Part shown: positions 37,739 to 46,125 of the stretch, piece after piece | How positions within the stretch are numbered: the stretch's first letter is position 1 | Layout of the letters: the number at the start of each line of letters is the position of its first letter | From: an uncultured bacterium | GTDB lineage: Bacteria > Omnitrophota > Omnitrophia > Omnitrophales > Aquincolibacteriaceae | DNA length: 64,000 nt | Reading direction: 5' to 3' | NCBI GenBank assembly: GCA_964385615.1 | Contig: CAYLPP010000004.1 | Span: 39,494-103,493 of the forward strand | Translations under genes and position numbers: made by a program | The notes under the pieces: generated by a model | Database searches by the model: none | Told to the model about the DNA's origin: nothing | What the model saw: only the letters and a program-made list of their open reading frames with translations

Positions 37739-38280
37739 TGCCTCAGGAGCGTGAACAGGTTGTTTTAAGCCGGGAGTGCGAAGCCGTCGAAATTCCTAGC
37801 GGTAAAAGTATTACCCTTTTTGCCGGAACCAGTTTAACGTTAATGCAGTCCCTTGGCGGTGCTTTTACGGTTGTAACCGGAATTGGTCAAATGGCCAGCA
37901 TCGCTGGAAAAGACGCGGATGCCATCGGCAAGGAACCGCCTCCGCCCCCGGCGCTTGTTGACTCCACGGGCAAAGAGAAGAGCGTGGAGGAGCTGGTTTG
38001 GGACCAGTTAAGGACCTGTTATGATCCCGAAATTCCTCATAACATTGTCGACCTCGGACTTGTATACCGGTGCGATGTTGATGAATCCTCGAAGAAAGTG
38101 CAAATCCGCATGACACTGACCGCGCCGGGCTGCGGTATGGGAGACTGGCTTAGGCAGGATGTAAAAAGAAAAGTCTCCACGATTCCCGGAATTGTTGAAG
38201 TTGAAGTTGAAGTTGTTTTTGACCCGCCTTGGACCCGCGATAAGATCGCCCCTCAGCTTCGCCGTTATCTCAATCTGTGA
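37735..38280 (+). CDS. DUF59/MIP18-family Fe-S assembly protein (SufT-like) with an N-terminal extension
   Basis: The C-terminal domain reads DPEIPHNIVDLGLVY...LTAPGCGMG, which is the typical MIP18 motif. Confidence 0.6.
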   Translation: MMPQEREQVVLSRECEAVEIPSGKSITLFAGTSLTLMQSLGGAFTVVTGIGQMASIAGKDADAIGKEPPPPPALVDSTGKEKSVEELVWDQLRTCYDPEIPHNIVDLGLVYRCDVDESSKKVQIRMTLTAPGCGMGDWLRQDVKRKVSTIPGIVEVEVEVVFDPPWTRDKIAPQLRRYLNL

Positions 38281-38804
38281 TTGAAAAATACACGTTTGAT
38301 TTGAGGGCAGAATTCCCAAATAAGCCCAAGGTCCGGGAGAAAATGATTCTGGTTAAGACCGACCTTGAATCCCGGAACCATGTGGTTATGAAACTCCTGG
38401 CCTACCTTCTGTTTTATGATCCCCGTCTCGTTATCGAAAAAAATATCGATATGCACTACAAGCCTGACGTGGTCATTCCCGGCGATCATGGTGTTCCGGA
38501 GCTTTGGATCGATTGTGGTAAAATTGCGCTGAAAAAAGTCGATACATTGTCACGCAAACTCAAAACATCGCGCCTGGTTATTTTAAAAGAAACCGTGCGT
38601 GAGATGGAGAGTTTCCGGAAGCTTATTGATAAAAAAATCGAAAACGCGCTTCGGGTTGAATATTTGGCTTTTGAGCCGGGATTTGTATCCGGAATTGCCG
38701 ACAATCTCCAGAGAACCAACGAAGTCACCCTGTATGAGGTGATGGAAAATGTCGTGGGGTTTGCGCTTAATGAACTGGTTTTTGAAAGCACTCTTTACCG
38801 TTAA
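38277..38804 (+). CDS. YaeQ-family protein
   Basis: At 175 aa, the motifs HVVMKLLAYLLFYD and PELWIDCGK resemble YaeQ (MMVRLLAFAL, ELWIEVG) as recalled from memory. Confidence 0.5.
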   Translation: MIEKYTFDLRAEFPNKPKVREKMILVKTDLESRNHVVMKLLAYLLFYDPRLVIEKNIDMHYKPDVVIPGDHGVPELWIDCGKIALKKVDTLSRKLKTSRLVILKETVREMESFRKLIDKKIENALRVEYLAFEPGFVSGIADNLQRTNEVTLYEVMENVVGFALNELVFESTLYR

Positions 38805-38835
38805 ACGGGGCAATTCATAAAATAGAGGAGGCTGT

Positions 38836-39315
38836 ATGAGTAAGATGAAATGGATGCTGATGGGTTTGGCAGGACTGATGATCGTGAGCGGGGGGGCGGT
38901 TTTTGCTGAAGATATGCCTGCCGCAGGGAAGGGTGAGAGTAAAATTTCCGGAAGAATGCCGCCTGAGATGGAAGCTTTGATTCAGGAAGAAGTGGCTTCT
39001 TTGAAACAAGCCAGTTCAGAAATGCAGGCCAAACACCAAAAAGACATGGATGAGGTTCGGATGCTAAACGGCAAGATTGTTGAGGCGATTAAAGCGGATA
39101 AAAAAGAGGAAGCCTCAGCGCTCAAAAAACAGATTGAGCAGATCCGTGACCGAATGAAAGCTGAAGATAAGGCCTTTCGTGAAAGGATGAAGAAGCATAA
39201 TGAGGAATGGAGTCTCAAGCGAAAGGCTTTAAGTGCCAAGATTCAGGAAGAAAGAAAAAAAGCAGCTGCCGCCGCCGAGAAACAGAGTAAAGAGAAGGCG
39301 AAGGCGGGCCGATAG
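38836..39315 (+). CDS. Secreted Lys/Glu-rich alpha-helical protein, possibly a Spy/CpxP-like periplasmic stress protein
   Basis: Has a signal peptide (MKWMLMGLAGLMIVSGGAVFA) and a coiled-coil composition; 159 aa. Confidence 0.45.
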   Translation: MSKMKWMLMGLAGLMIVSGGAVFAEDMPAAGKGESKISGRMPPEMEALIQEEVASLKQASSEMQAKHQKDMDEVRMLNGKIVEAIKADKKEEASALKKQIEQIRDRMKAEDKAFRERMKKHNEEWSLKRKALSAKIQEERKKAAAAAEKQSKEKAKAGR

Positions 39316-39352
39316 ATTCTCTGCAGACCTTTTCAGGTCTTAAGGAGAAGTT

Positions 39353-39523
39353 ATGAAAAAAATTTTCATTTTTACGGCCTTGTTAGGAATCGTTATCCTT
39401 CCTTTCGGCGGTATTGCCTTGAGTGCCCGGGTCAACCCTGTCGGCGGTGCTTTGTATTTAGTTAGTTTTTTGGCCCCCGCGGATGTCCCGGCCCCCCTCA
39501 ACGGTATGGGTTTTCCCCAGTAA
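39353..39523 (+). CDS. Small secreted or membrane peptide (56 aa) that is not in the ORF table
   Basis: A strong AAGGAGAAG ribosome-binding site lies 6 nt upstream of the ATG. It has a hydrophobic N-terminus (MKKIFIFTALLGIVILPFGGIALSA) and follows a hairpin at 39323-39340. Confidence 0.35.
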   Translation: MKKIFIFTALLGIVILPFGGIALSARVNPVGGALYLVSFLAPADVPAPLNGMGFPQ

Positions 39524-39558
39524 TTTTTGTTTAAACCTTTCCGCTTCCCGCGCGTCTA

Positions 39559-40383
39559 ATGGGTATGCGAAAAAAGATACGTCTAATAGGGGTTTTGGCC
39601 CTTTCTATTCTGTGGCTGACCGCTCCGGCCCCCGCAGCCCGGGCCGAAGAAAGTTTGCCTTCCAGCCGGGATTTTTCGCCTTCCAACGTAGCCCGGTTAC
39701 GCGAGCTTAAAGAGAAAGACCCTCAGGCGTTTGAGGCTTTTGTCAGCGAGAGAAAGCAGCAGGTTAAATCCCGGTTCCGGGAAATCCGGAAAAATGATCC
39801 CCAAAAATATCAGGACCTCAAGCAAGGAGTTGTGGAAAACCGGATGCGGCGTCTGCGCGGGATGCGCCGGGACAATCCTGAAAAGTTTCGGCAGGTCATG
39901 GGGGAGAGAGTTCAAAAGTTCGAGAAAGTTAAAAGGGAAAACCCTGAGCGCTACAGGAATTTCATTGGAAATCATCCCCGATTTGAAGACCGGATGCAAA
40001 AGATACAGCCTTTCAAGGATCGGCCGGAGGGCGGTCGTCCAGGATTGAATCGTCTTCCAACCGCATCGCAACCGGAAGCTCACGGGCCTGAAAGCCGGCC
40101 CGGTTTACGTGAGAATACCCGTGAAAATGTAAAGGCTCCCAGACCGCCTCAGGCTGAATTTAAAAATAACCAGGGACCGGATTTTAAACGCCAGAATCCG
40201 GAACGGCAGATGAATCCCCGTAGCGAACCCGGAAACGGCCCAAGGGTCAATGGGCTGAATTCCCGTCCGCAGGCTGGGCAGGGGCCCGGCCCAAGAGGCG
40301 GAGTTTTAAGATCCCAAAATCAGCCCCCCCGAAACGCGGGAGGAGGTCCCGGTGGCAGCCGCAGAAGCCGGAATCGATCCTGA
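39559..40383 (+). CDS. Secreted repeat protein with periodic NPE[KR][FY]R-type repeats and a Gly/Pro/Arg/Asn-rich tail
   Basis: Signal peptide MRKKIRLIGVLALSILWLTAPAPAARA. The repeats KDPQAF, NDPQKY, DNPEKF and ENPERY recur at roughly 20-aa spacing. Confidence 0.5.
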   Translation: MGMRKKIRLIGVLALSILWLTAPAPAARAEESLPSSRDFSPSNVARLRELKEKDPQAFEAFVSERKQQVKSRFREIRKNDPQKYQDLKQGVVENRMRRLRGMRRDNPEKFRQVMGERVQKFEKVKRENPERYRNFIGNHPRFEDRMQKIQPFKDRPEGGRPGLNRLPTASQPEAHGPESRPGLRENTRENVKAPRPPQAEFKNNQGPDFKRQNPERQMNPRSEPGNGPRVNGLNSRPQAGQGPGPRGGVLRSQNQPPRNAGGGPGGSRRSRNRS

Positions 40384-40963
40384 AGTTTTAGCCGCCCGGG
40401 CGCGCCAGGGGGATACCCTGGCTTTTTCGCGTTTAGTGGAGCTCTATGAAGAGAAGGCCATTCATACGGCTTACGCTTTCCTGGGGAACATGGAAGACGC
40501 GCGTGACGCGGCGCAGGAAGCTTTTGTGAAGGCGTACCAGGCACTGGGTTCTTTTAAAGGAAATAGTAAATTCTCGACCTGGCTGATCCGGATCGTTGTC
40601 AATCAATCGAAAGATGTGCTGAGAAAAAAGAAAACCCGGAATTTTTTTAACTGGATTCCTTCCGGAGAAGCGGAAGAAAAAGACCCGATTCAGAATCTGG
40701 AATCCAAATCGCCCGATTCCCGCAAACAGCTTCAGAACCGTGAAATCGATCAAGCGGTGCGCGAAGCGGTTGAGAAACTGCCGGGTCAGCAGAAAAGTGT
40801 TTTTACACTGCGTTATCTGGAAGGCATGAGTCTTGAAGAAATTGCCCAGGTCCTGGACTTAAGCACGGGAGCGGTCAAAGCCCACTTGTGGCAGGCCGGG
40901 CAAAAAATGAAAAAAAGTCTCCAGCCCTGGATGGCCGGAGCGGAGGTGGACCGTGGAATCTGA
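40352..40963 (+). CDS. ECF-type RNA polymerase sigma-70 factor
   Basis: Region 2 (FSRLVELYEEKAIHTAYAFLGNMEDARDAAQEAFVKAY, WLIRIVVNQ) and region 4 (LRYLEGMSLEEIAQVLDLSTGAVKAHL). Confidence 0.8.
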   Translation: MAAAEAGIDPEVLAARARQGDTLAFSRLVELYEEKAIHTAYAFLGNMEDARDAAQEAFVKAYQALGSFKGNSKFSTWLIRIVVNQSKDVLRKKKTRNFFNWIPSGEAEEKDPIQNLESKSPDSRKQLQNREIDQAVREAVEKLPGQQKSVFTLRYLEGMSLEEIAQVLDLSTGAVKAHLWQAGQKMKKSLQPWMAGAEVDRGI

Positions 40964-41549
40964 AATGTTTGATAAGCTTGACCGTGATTTAATGAAAGGA
41001 CTCCAGACCCTGCGTGAAAAGCCGGTTCCGCAAGAAATTCGCAGAAATTTCCGCCGGTCGGTAGAAGAAAGAATTCTAGAGATCGGAAGGCCCCCGCTTT
41101 TTTCATGGCAGACGGCGTTGATTCCGGCGGCGGTATTGGTCCTTGGACTGGCTTTAATCGTGCTTTTTGTGAAACCCAGGCCCGTGACGGTATCTCCGCA
41201 GATGAAAGAAGCCCCGGCGGTGATCCGCGAAACCGCGAAGTCTGAGGTGAAAATTCTGGCGCCCGCTTTGCCTATGCCCTCAGAGGTTAAACGCGAAGTT
41301 CAGGTGGACCGGGAAATTCAAAACCAGAACCCGCAAACACAGGCTGCTGTTGTCAGTGAAAGCGATTTGCTTAGCGAGATTGAAACACTCAAAGAACTTG
41401 GGGTCTGGACGGACGAGGATGAAGAAGAAATTGGAATTTCCTCAGATCAGATTTTTGAAGAGCTGGAGATTCTGATGGGGGAATCGGCGCAAACCGGTGT
41501 TTCTCCAGACGGTTCCGGGGCTCCTGCCGGACAAGTCGGTCAGTTTTAA
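40953..41549 (+). CDS. Putative anti-sigma factor (single-pass membrane protein)
   Basis: It overlaps the sigma gene by 11 nt and has one TM helix (ALIPAAVLVLGLALIVLF) separating an N-terminal cytoplasmic part from a C-terminal part. Confidence 0.5.
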   Translation: MESEMFDKLDRDLMKGLQTLREKPVPQEIRRNFRRSVEERILEIGRPPLFSWQTALIPAAVLVLGLALIVLFVKPRPVTVSPQMKEAPAVIRETAKSEVKILAPALPMPSEVKREVQVDREIQNQNPQTQAAVVSESDLLSEIETLKELGVWTDEDEEEIGISSDQIFEELEILMGESAQTGVSPDGSGAPAGQVGQF

Positions 41550-41552
41550 GAG

Positions 41553-41588
41553 CGGAAACAAATTCTCCTTTCCGAACCGTTTTTTTTG
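41553..41588 (+). terminator. Putative Rho-independent terminator
   Basis: CGGAAAcaaattctccTTTCCG followed by T8. Confidence 0.45.
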
Positions 41589-41636
41589 ATGCAGAATAGT
41601 CCTTTCATTAATTTTCATCCATGAAAGGAATACCCC

Positions 41637-42281
41637 TTGAAATCCTCTTACATTGAGCATGACAATCCCGCAGCCGCCAATCCCGAAACTCTCCGGTCTA
41701 AAACCGTTGAAATTGCCAAGAAGCACAAGGCTTCCTGGATAGAGTTGGGGCAATGTCTTTTTGCCGTTCAGAAGGATAAGATCTTCAAACAGTGGGGATA
41801 CCTCACTTTCGAGGCTTACTGTCTGAAAGAGCTCGGCATTAAACAGGCGACGGCGGCCAAACTCCTGAAGTCTTATTATTTTTTGGAAAAAGAAGAGCCG
41901 GCCATTATCAGCCAGGAAGGGATTGATGACGCGAAGCCTACCGTCCTTCCTCATTATGAATCCGTGAACCTCCTGAGACTGGCCAAGGAAAACCCCAAAA
42001 TTCAGCCGGAAGAATTCCGCGATTTGCGCAAAGCGGTTCTTTCGTCCGCCAAGGAACCCAAGGAAGTTCGGGCCCAGGTAAAACAGATTCTTCTGAACCG
42101 TGAAGAAGCGGAAAATCCTTCAGAGGTTCGCCAGGCTCGCCGGAATGCGGCCATTAAAAGAGTGATTATGGTTCTCAGCGGCGCGCGCAGAGAATTGGAG
42201 CATGAAGGGCTGATTCCTGAATATCTGGTCAAGCAGATGAACGACTTGATTACGAAAATGCAGGATCAGATCGAAAAATGA
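41637..42281 (+). CDS. Hypothetical protein (TTG start)
   Basis: A 214-aa soluble protein in a well-defined ORF; I recognise no motifs in it. Confidence 0.4.
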   Translation: MKSSYIEHDNPAAANPETLRSKTVEIAKKHKASWIELGQCLFAVQKDKIFKQWGYLTFEAYCLKELGIKQATAAKLLKSYYFLEKEEPAIISQEGIDDAKPTVLPHYESVNLLRLAKENPKIQPEEFRDLRKAVLSSAKEPKEVRAQVKQILLNREEAENPSEVRQARRNAAIKRVIMVLSGARRELEHEGLIPEYLVKQMNDLITKMQDQIEK

Positions 42282-43210
42282 GTTTTCGCGATTCGATGAA
42301 GCAGAACAACATGGACTTGGTCCGTGTGACGGAAGCCGCGGCAATCGCGGCATCCGCCTGGGTTGGAAGCGGTGACAAAATTGCCGCGGATAAAGAAGCC
42401 ACGGAGGCGATGCGTGAACGCCTGAACCGCTTGGATTTCAGGGCCAGGGTGGTGATCGGCGAAGGTAAGAAGGACGACAGTTACGGTTTGTTTACGGGAG
42501 AAATTGTCGGAACGGCTCCGAAAAATTCAAAAATTTATGAAATCGCCGTGGACCCGATTGAAGGGACCCGTCCGACGGTGACTTCCGGGCCGGAAGCGAT
42601 CAGCGTGATTGCGCTTTCGGAAGAAGGCGGTCTTTTTGAAACGGGTGAGTATTATATGAATAAGCTTGCCTACGGACCTGAAATTGCTTCGCGGGTAAAG
42701 TTGAATATCACGGACCCCATTGAGGGAACGCTCAAAAAGGTTTCCGCGGCTTCCGGTAAAAAAATGAATCAGATCATGGTCTGTATTCTTGACCGTCCCC
42801 GGCATGAGAAACTGATTATGATTCTTCGTAAGCTTGGAGTCCGGATCAAGCTGATTTTGGATTGCGATGTTTCAGGCGCGATCGCGACCGGGCTTCCGGA
42901 GAGCGGGATCGATCTTCTCCTGGGAACCGGGGGAGCGCCGGAAGGTGTTTTGGCCGCTTGCGCCATGAAATGCCTGCGCGGAGATTTTCAGGCGCAAATC
43001 GCGGACGGCAAAGGAAATGTCACTGATCCTAAAGTCTACGGACTCAACGATCTGGTGCGCAAAGAATGTATTTTTGCCGCGACGGGCATTACGAACGGCA
43101 GTTTGCTCCGGGGCGTGAGGTACACGAATCTAGGCGCCGTTACGAACAGCGTTTTTATGCGTTCTGAGAGCGGAACCATCCGCTGGATTTCCGCCAATCA
43201 CGGGAACTAA
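42278..43210 (+). CDS. glpX: Fructose-1,6-bisphosphatase class II
   Basis: The GlpX N-terminus VRVTEAAAIAASAWVGSGDK and the motif IAVDPIEGT. Confidence 0.85.
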   Translation: MSFRDSMKQNNMDLVRVTEAAAIAASAWVGSGDKIAADKEATEAMRERLNRLDFRARVVIGEGKKDDSYGLFTGEIVGTAPKNSKIYEIAVDPIEGTRPTVTSGPEAISVIALSEEGGLFETGEYYMNKLAYGPEIASRVKLNITDPIEGTLKKVSAASGKKMNQIMVCILDRPRHEKLIMILRKLGVRIKLILDCDVSGAIATGLPESGIDLLLGTGGAPEGVLAACAMKCLRGDFQAQIADGKGNVTDPKVYGLNDLVRKECIFAATGITNGSLLRGVRYTNLGAVTNSVFMRSESGTIRWISANHGN

Positions 43211-43212
43211 CT

Positions 43213-43539
43213 ATGACTCTTTCTCAAAAAAAATGTAAACCCTGCGAAGGGGGAACACCCGCTTTGACATCCGCGCAGGCGCAGGAATACCTGAAGCAGA
43301 CGCCGGGATGGAATCTCAAGGATGGCCGTCTGACGCGTGAATTTCAGTTTAAAAATTACTATGAAACGGTTTCTTTCGTGAACGCCGCGGCTTGGATCGC
43401 TCACCGCGAAGATCATCATCCGGATATAGAGTTCGGTTATAAGGCTTGCACCGTCCGGTTTTGGACTCATTCCGTTAAAGGGCTTTCCGAAAACGATTTT
43501 ATCTGTGCTTCTAAAATCAACGAACTTTTAAAGGATTGA
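43213..43539 (+). CDS. phhB: Pterin-4a-carbinolamine dehydratase (PCD/DCoH)
   Basis: Motifs W.L...L.REF.F and EDHHPD...Y; 108 aa. Confidence 0.85.
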   Translation: MTLSQKKCKPCEGGTPALTSAQAQEYLKQTPGWNLKDGRLTREFQFKNYYETVSFVNAAAWIAHREDHHPDIEFGYKACTVRFWTHSVKGLSENDFICASKINELLKD

Positions 43540-43547
43540 GGATTCAA

Positions 43548-45452
43548 ATGGATGAGATTCACGGGGAATCCGGGCATTTCGGCCGAAATCTTCTGCTGGG
43601 TATAACCGCGGTTATACTTTTGGCCGTCACGGCCGCGGCTTTTTTTATTTTTACATTTGACGCGGACCGCTACCGGCCGATGATACAGGAAAAACTGGAA
43701 CAGGCACTCGGACGCCCTGTTGGAATGGAAAGAATTTTTCTGGGCTGGGAAGGCGGACTCGCTTTAAAAATTGATGGTCTGAACTTAAACCAGTCAAAAA
43801 CCTCAAAGAATTCATTTCTGAATATCCGTTCAGTGGCCGTCAGAGTCAGCTTGATGCCTCTTTTGCGCCATGAGGTCCAGGTTTCTTCCGTGATTATTGA
43901 CAATCCTGAGATAACGCTGACCCGTTCTCCGTCGGGGCGCATTTTGGAACTTTCGGAACAGCCGGTGTCTTCTTCGGAAGTTTCTTCGCCCGCGCCTGGA
44001 AAGGATACTCCCGCAGAGGGATCTTCCGCGGCGTTAGCATTTCTGGTTGAATCCGTAAAAATTAAAAATGGCCGTTTGCATTTTGTGGATCAAAATCCGG
44101 CAAGCTATTCGGATATTGATATCCGCCAGATTGAGGCGGTGGTGTCGGATATTTCCCCGCTAAAACCGCTTCATTTTGACGCCCGGGCGTCAATTTTTGG
44201 AACCCGTCAGAATTTTAGCGCGGAAGGGCAAGCCGGATATGATGTGCGGGAAAACGGAGTTTTTCTTGAGAATTTCAGCGCTTCAATGGAACTTGCGGAT
44301 GTGGATGCCGGAAAACTTCTGGCGTCTTTCCCGGCGCTTCAGGAGGTTGGCTTGGCTCAGGGAATGGCCGGGCATCTGGATTTCAAGATCGAGCGTTTTA
44401 AAATGGTTTCCGGAAAAATCAGGGATTTAGAAGGCGATTTTCATATTGGGCAGGGAACTCTCAAGACCGCCCGGATGCCTATTCCGGCATCGAATTTGGA
44501 CGCCAATGTCAATTTTAACGCGGACCGGATTATTCTTCAGAATTTATCAGGTAATCTGGGAACCGGAAAATTTGAGCTTGCCGGGCAGACGGAATTAACG
44601 ATGCCTCTTTATCAGACCCAGTTTCAAGTTTCCGTTTCCGGTATGGAGTTTTCGGAGTTGACGCCTCCTCCGGCCCGGAGTTCAGAACCGTATCTAACCG
44701 GTAAAGCCGGACTTAATTTAAAAGCCGCGGCGCAAGGCAACGGCGCACCGTTGATCACCCAGACAGTCTCCGGCAACGGAATGCTTCAAATGGACGGGTT
44801 GGTTCTTAAAAATATGAACGTTTTGCGTGAAATTCTGAAAAAACTTTCAGTCGTGCCGGCAATCGGTCAGAGCCTGGAAAAGCATCTTCCGGAAAATTAT
44901 AATGAGCGCTTGAGGTCCGATGACACATCCTTTGAACCAATCCAGGCTCCTATCCTTATTCAGCAGGGAATTATTTTCTTTGATCATGCGCTGATTCAAT
45001 CAGATTCATTGAGCGTGCTGGCTTCGGGGCGCGCGGGAATAAATGGGTCCGTGCAGATGAACGCGATTGTGACTCTGGACTCGGATTTGTCCGCGGCTTT
45101 GATACGGGGGATTCAAGAGCTTCAATACCTGACCGATCCGCAGGGCCGTCTCCAGATTCCGCTAGTCCAGGCTCAAGGCCCCAAATTCTCTCTGATTCCT
45201 GATATTCCGTATATTGCCAGTAAACTTGCCGTCGGCAAGGGCCGGGACGTGCTGACACAGCTGATTCAGAAAAAGACCGGCACCGCGGATCCTAACGCTC
45301 CCGCAGCGGAAAGCTCTTCAGGAATTGAACAGAACGTCCAGCCGAGCGGGGGAACGGATTACCGGAAGCTCAAAGGTAAAGATATCCTCAACCAATTCCT
45401 TCAGACAGCTTTGCAGCCTGAGTCCGGCGGGGATTCTTCAAACAGCCGTTAA
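43548..45452 (+). CDS. AsmA-family outer-membrane assembly protein. The tabulated TTG start is at 43536; the ATG at 43548 is preferred here.
   Basis: An N-terminal TM anchor (LLLGITAVILLAVTAAAFFIF) is followed by a long beta-rich periplasmic region. Confidence 0.7.
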   Translation: MDEIHGESGHFGRNLLLGITAVILLAVTAAAFFIFTFDADRYRPMIQEKLEQALGRPVGMERIFLGWEGGLALKIDGLNLNQSKTSKNSFLNIRSVAVRVSLMPLLRHEVQVSSVIIDNPEITLTRSPSGRILELSEQPVSSSEVSSPAPGKDTPAEGSSAALAFLVESVKIKNGRLHFVDQNPASYSDIDIRQIEAVVSDISPLKPLHFDARASIFGTRQNFSAEGQAGYDVRENGVFLENFSASMELADVDAGKLLASFPALQEVGLAQGMAGHLDFKIERFKMVSGKIRDLEGDFHIGQGTLKTARMPIPASNLDANVNFNADRIILQNLSGNLGTGKFELAGQTELTMPLYQTQFQVSVSGMEFSELTPPPARSSEPYLTGKAGLNLKAAAQGNGAPLITQTVSGNGMLQMDGLVLKNMNVLREILKKLSVVPAIGQSLEKHLPENYNERLRSDDTSFEPIQAPILIQQGIIFFDHALIQSDSLSVLASGRAGINGSVQMNAIVTLDSDLSAALIRGIQELQYLTDPQGRLQIPLVQAQGPKFSLIPDIPYIASKLAVGKGRDVLTQLIQKKTGTADPNAPAAESSSGIEQNVQPSGGTDYRKLKGKDILNQFLQTALQPESGGDSSNSR

Positions 45453-45925
45453 ACAGCGGATTTAGGAACGACCCGGACACTGACCCGGATGAGTCCCTTG
45501 CGCGGGGATGCGATTTTTTTGAACGCGGTGCGGGTTAAATCGATAATCCGGTCGAGTCTTTTGGAAGGCCCCCGGTCATTGACACGGCAAATGACCTTTT
45601 TCCCATTCTCCAGATTTTTAATCTCCAGATAGGTTCCGAAGGCATAATCCCACGACGCGCAGGTCAACAGCTTATCGTTGAAGATTTCTCCGTTCGCGGT
45701 ATGCCGGTTGATCCCGGGGTCCGATTCGCTGTACCAGGAGGCTATGCCAAAGCGGGCTGGATTTTTCGGAACCACTGCCAAGCGCATTCTTTTTTTGACG
45801 GTTTTGACAGAGGTTTCGATTGGAGGATTCGCTTCCTGAAGGATGGAGACCGGTTCGGCCCAGACCGTGGACGTAAAAACCATCAGCCCGACCGCTAAAA
45901 TTTTTTCAATGTTCCTAAGTTTCAA
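45449..45925 (-). CDS. rlpA: RlpA-like DPBB-domain lipoprotein or septal lytic transglycosylase
   Basis: ASWY...ANGE...ASW...GT...V.VNDRGP is the RlpA double-psi beta-barrel signature. Confidence 0.8.
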   Translation of the reverse strand: MKLRNIEKILAVGLMVFTSTVWAEPVSILQEANPPIETSVKTVKKRMRLAVVPKNPARFGIASWYSESDPGINRHTANGEIFNDKLLTCASWDYAFGTYLEIKNLENGKKVICRVNDRGPSKRLDRIIDLTRTAFKKIASPRKGLIRVSVRVVPKSAV

Positions 45926-46125
45926 ACACGCCTCACTTGTTGATCAAAACCTAGCACACAGGATTTAGCTCTGCAAAAAACACGCGTTTTCCGGGAAGAC
46001 TTCTTAAAAAGCCTAAAAAAACTCGGAGAAATTAATTTCTAGAGGGGGAACTGGTAAAAGCTCTCTGAGGCAGGTATCTTTTCACCAAAGCAAAGAAATG
46101 TTTTTTTAACCCGGAAAAAACGGAA

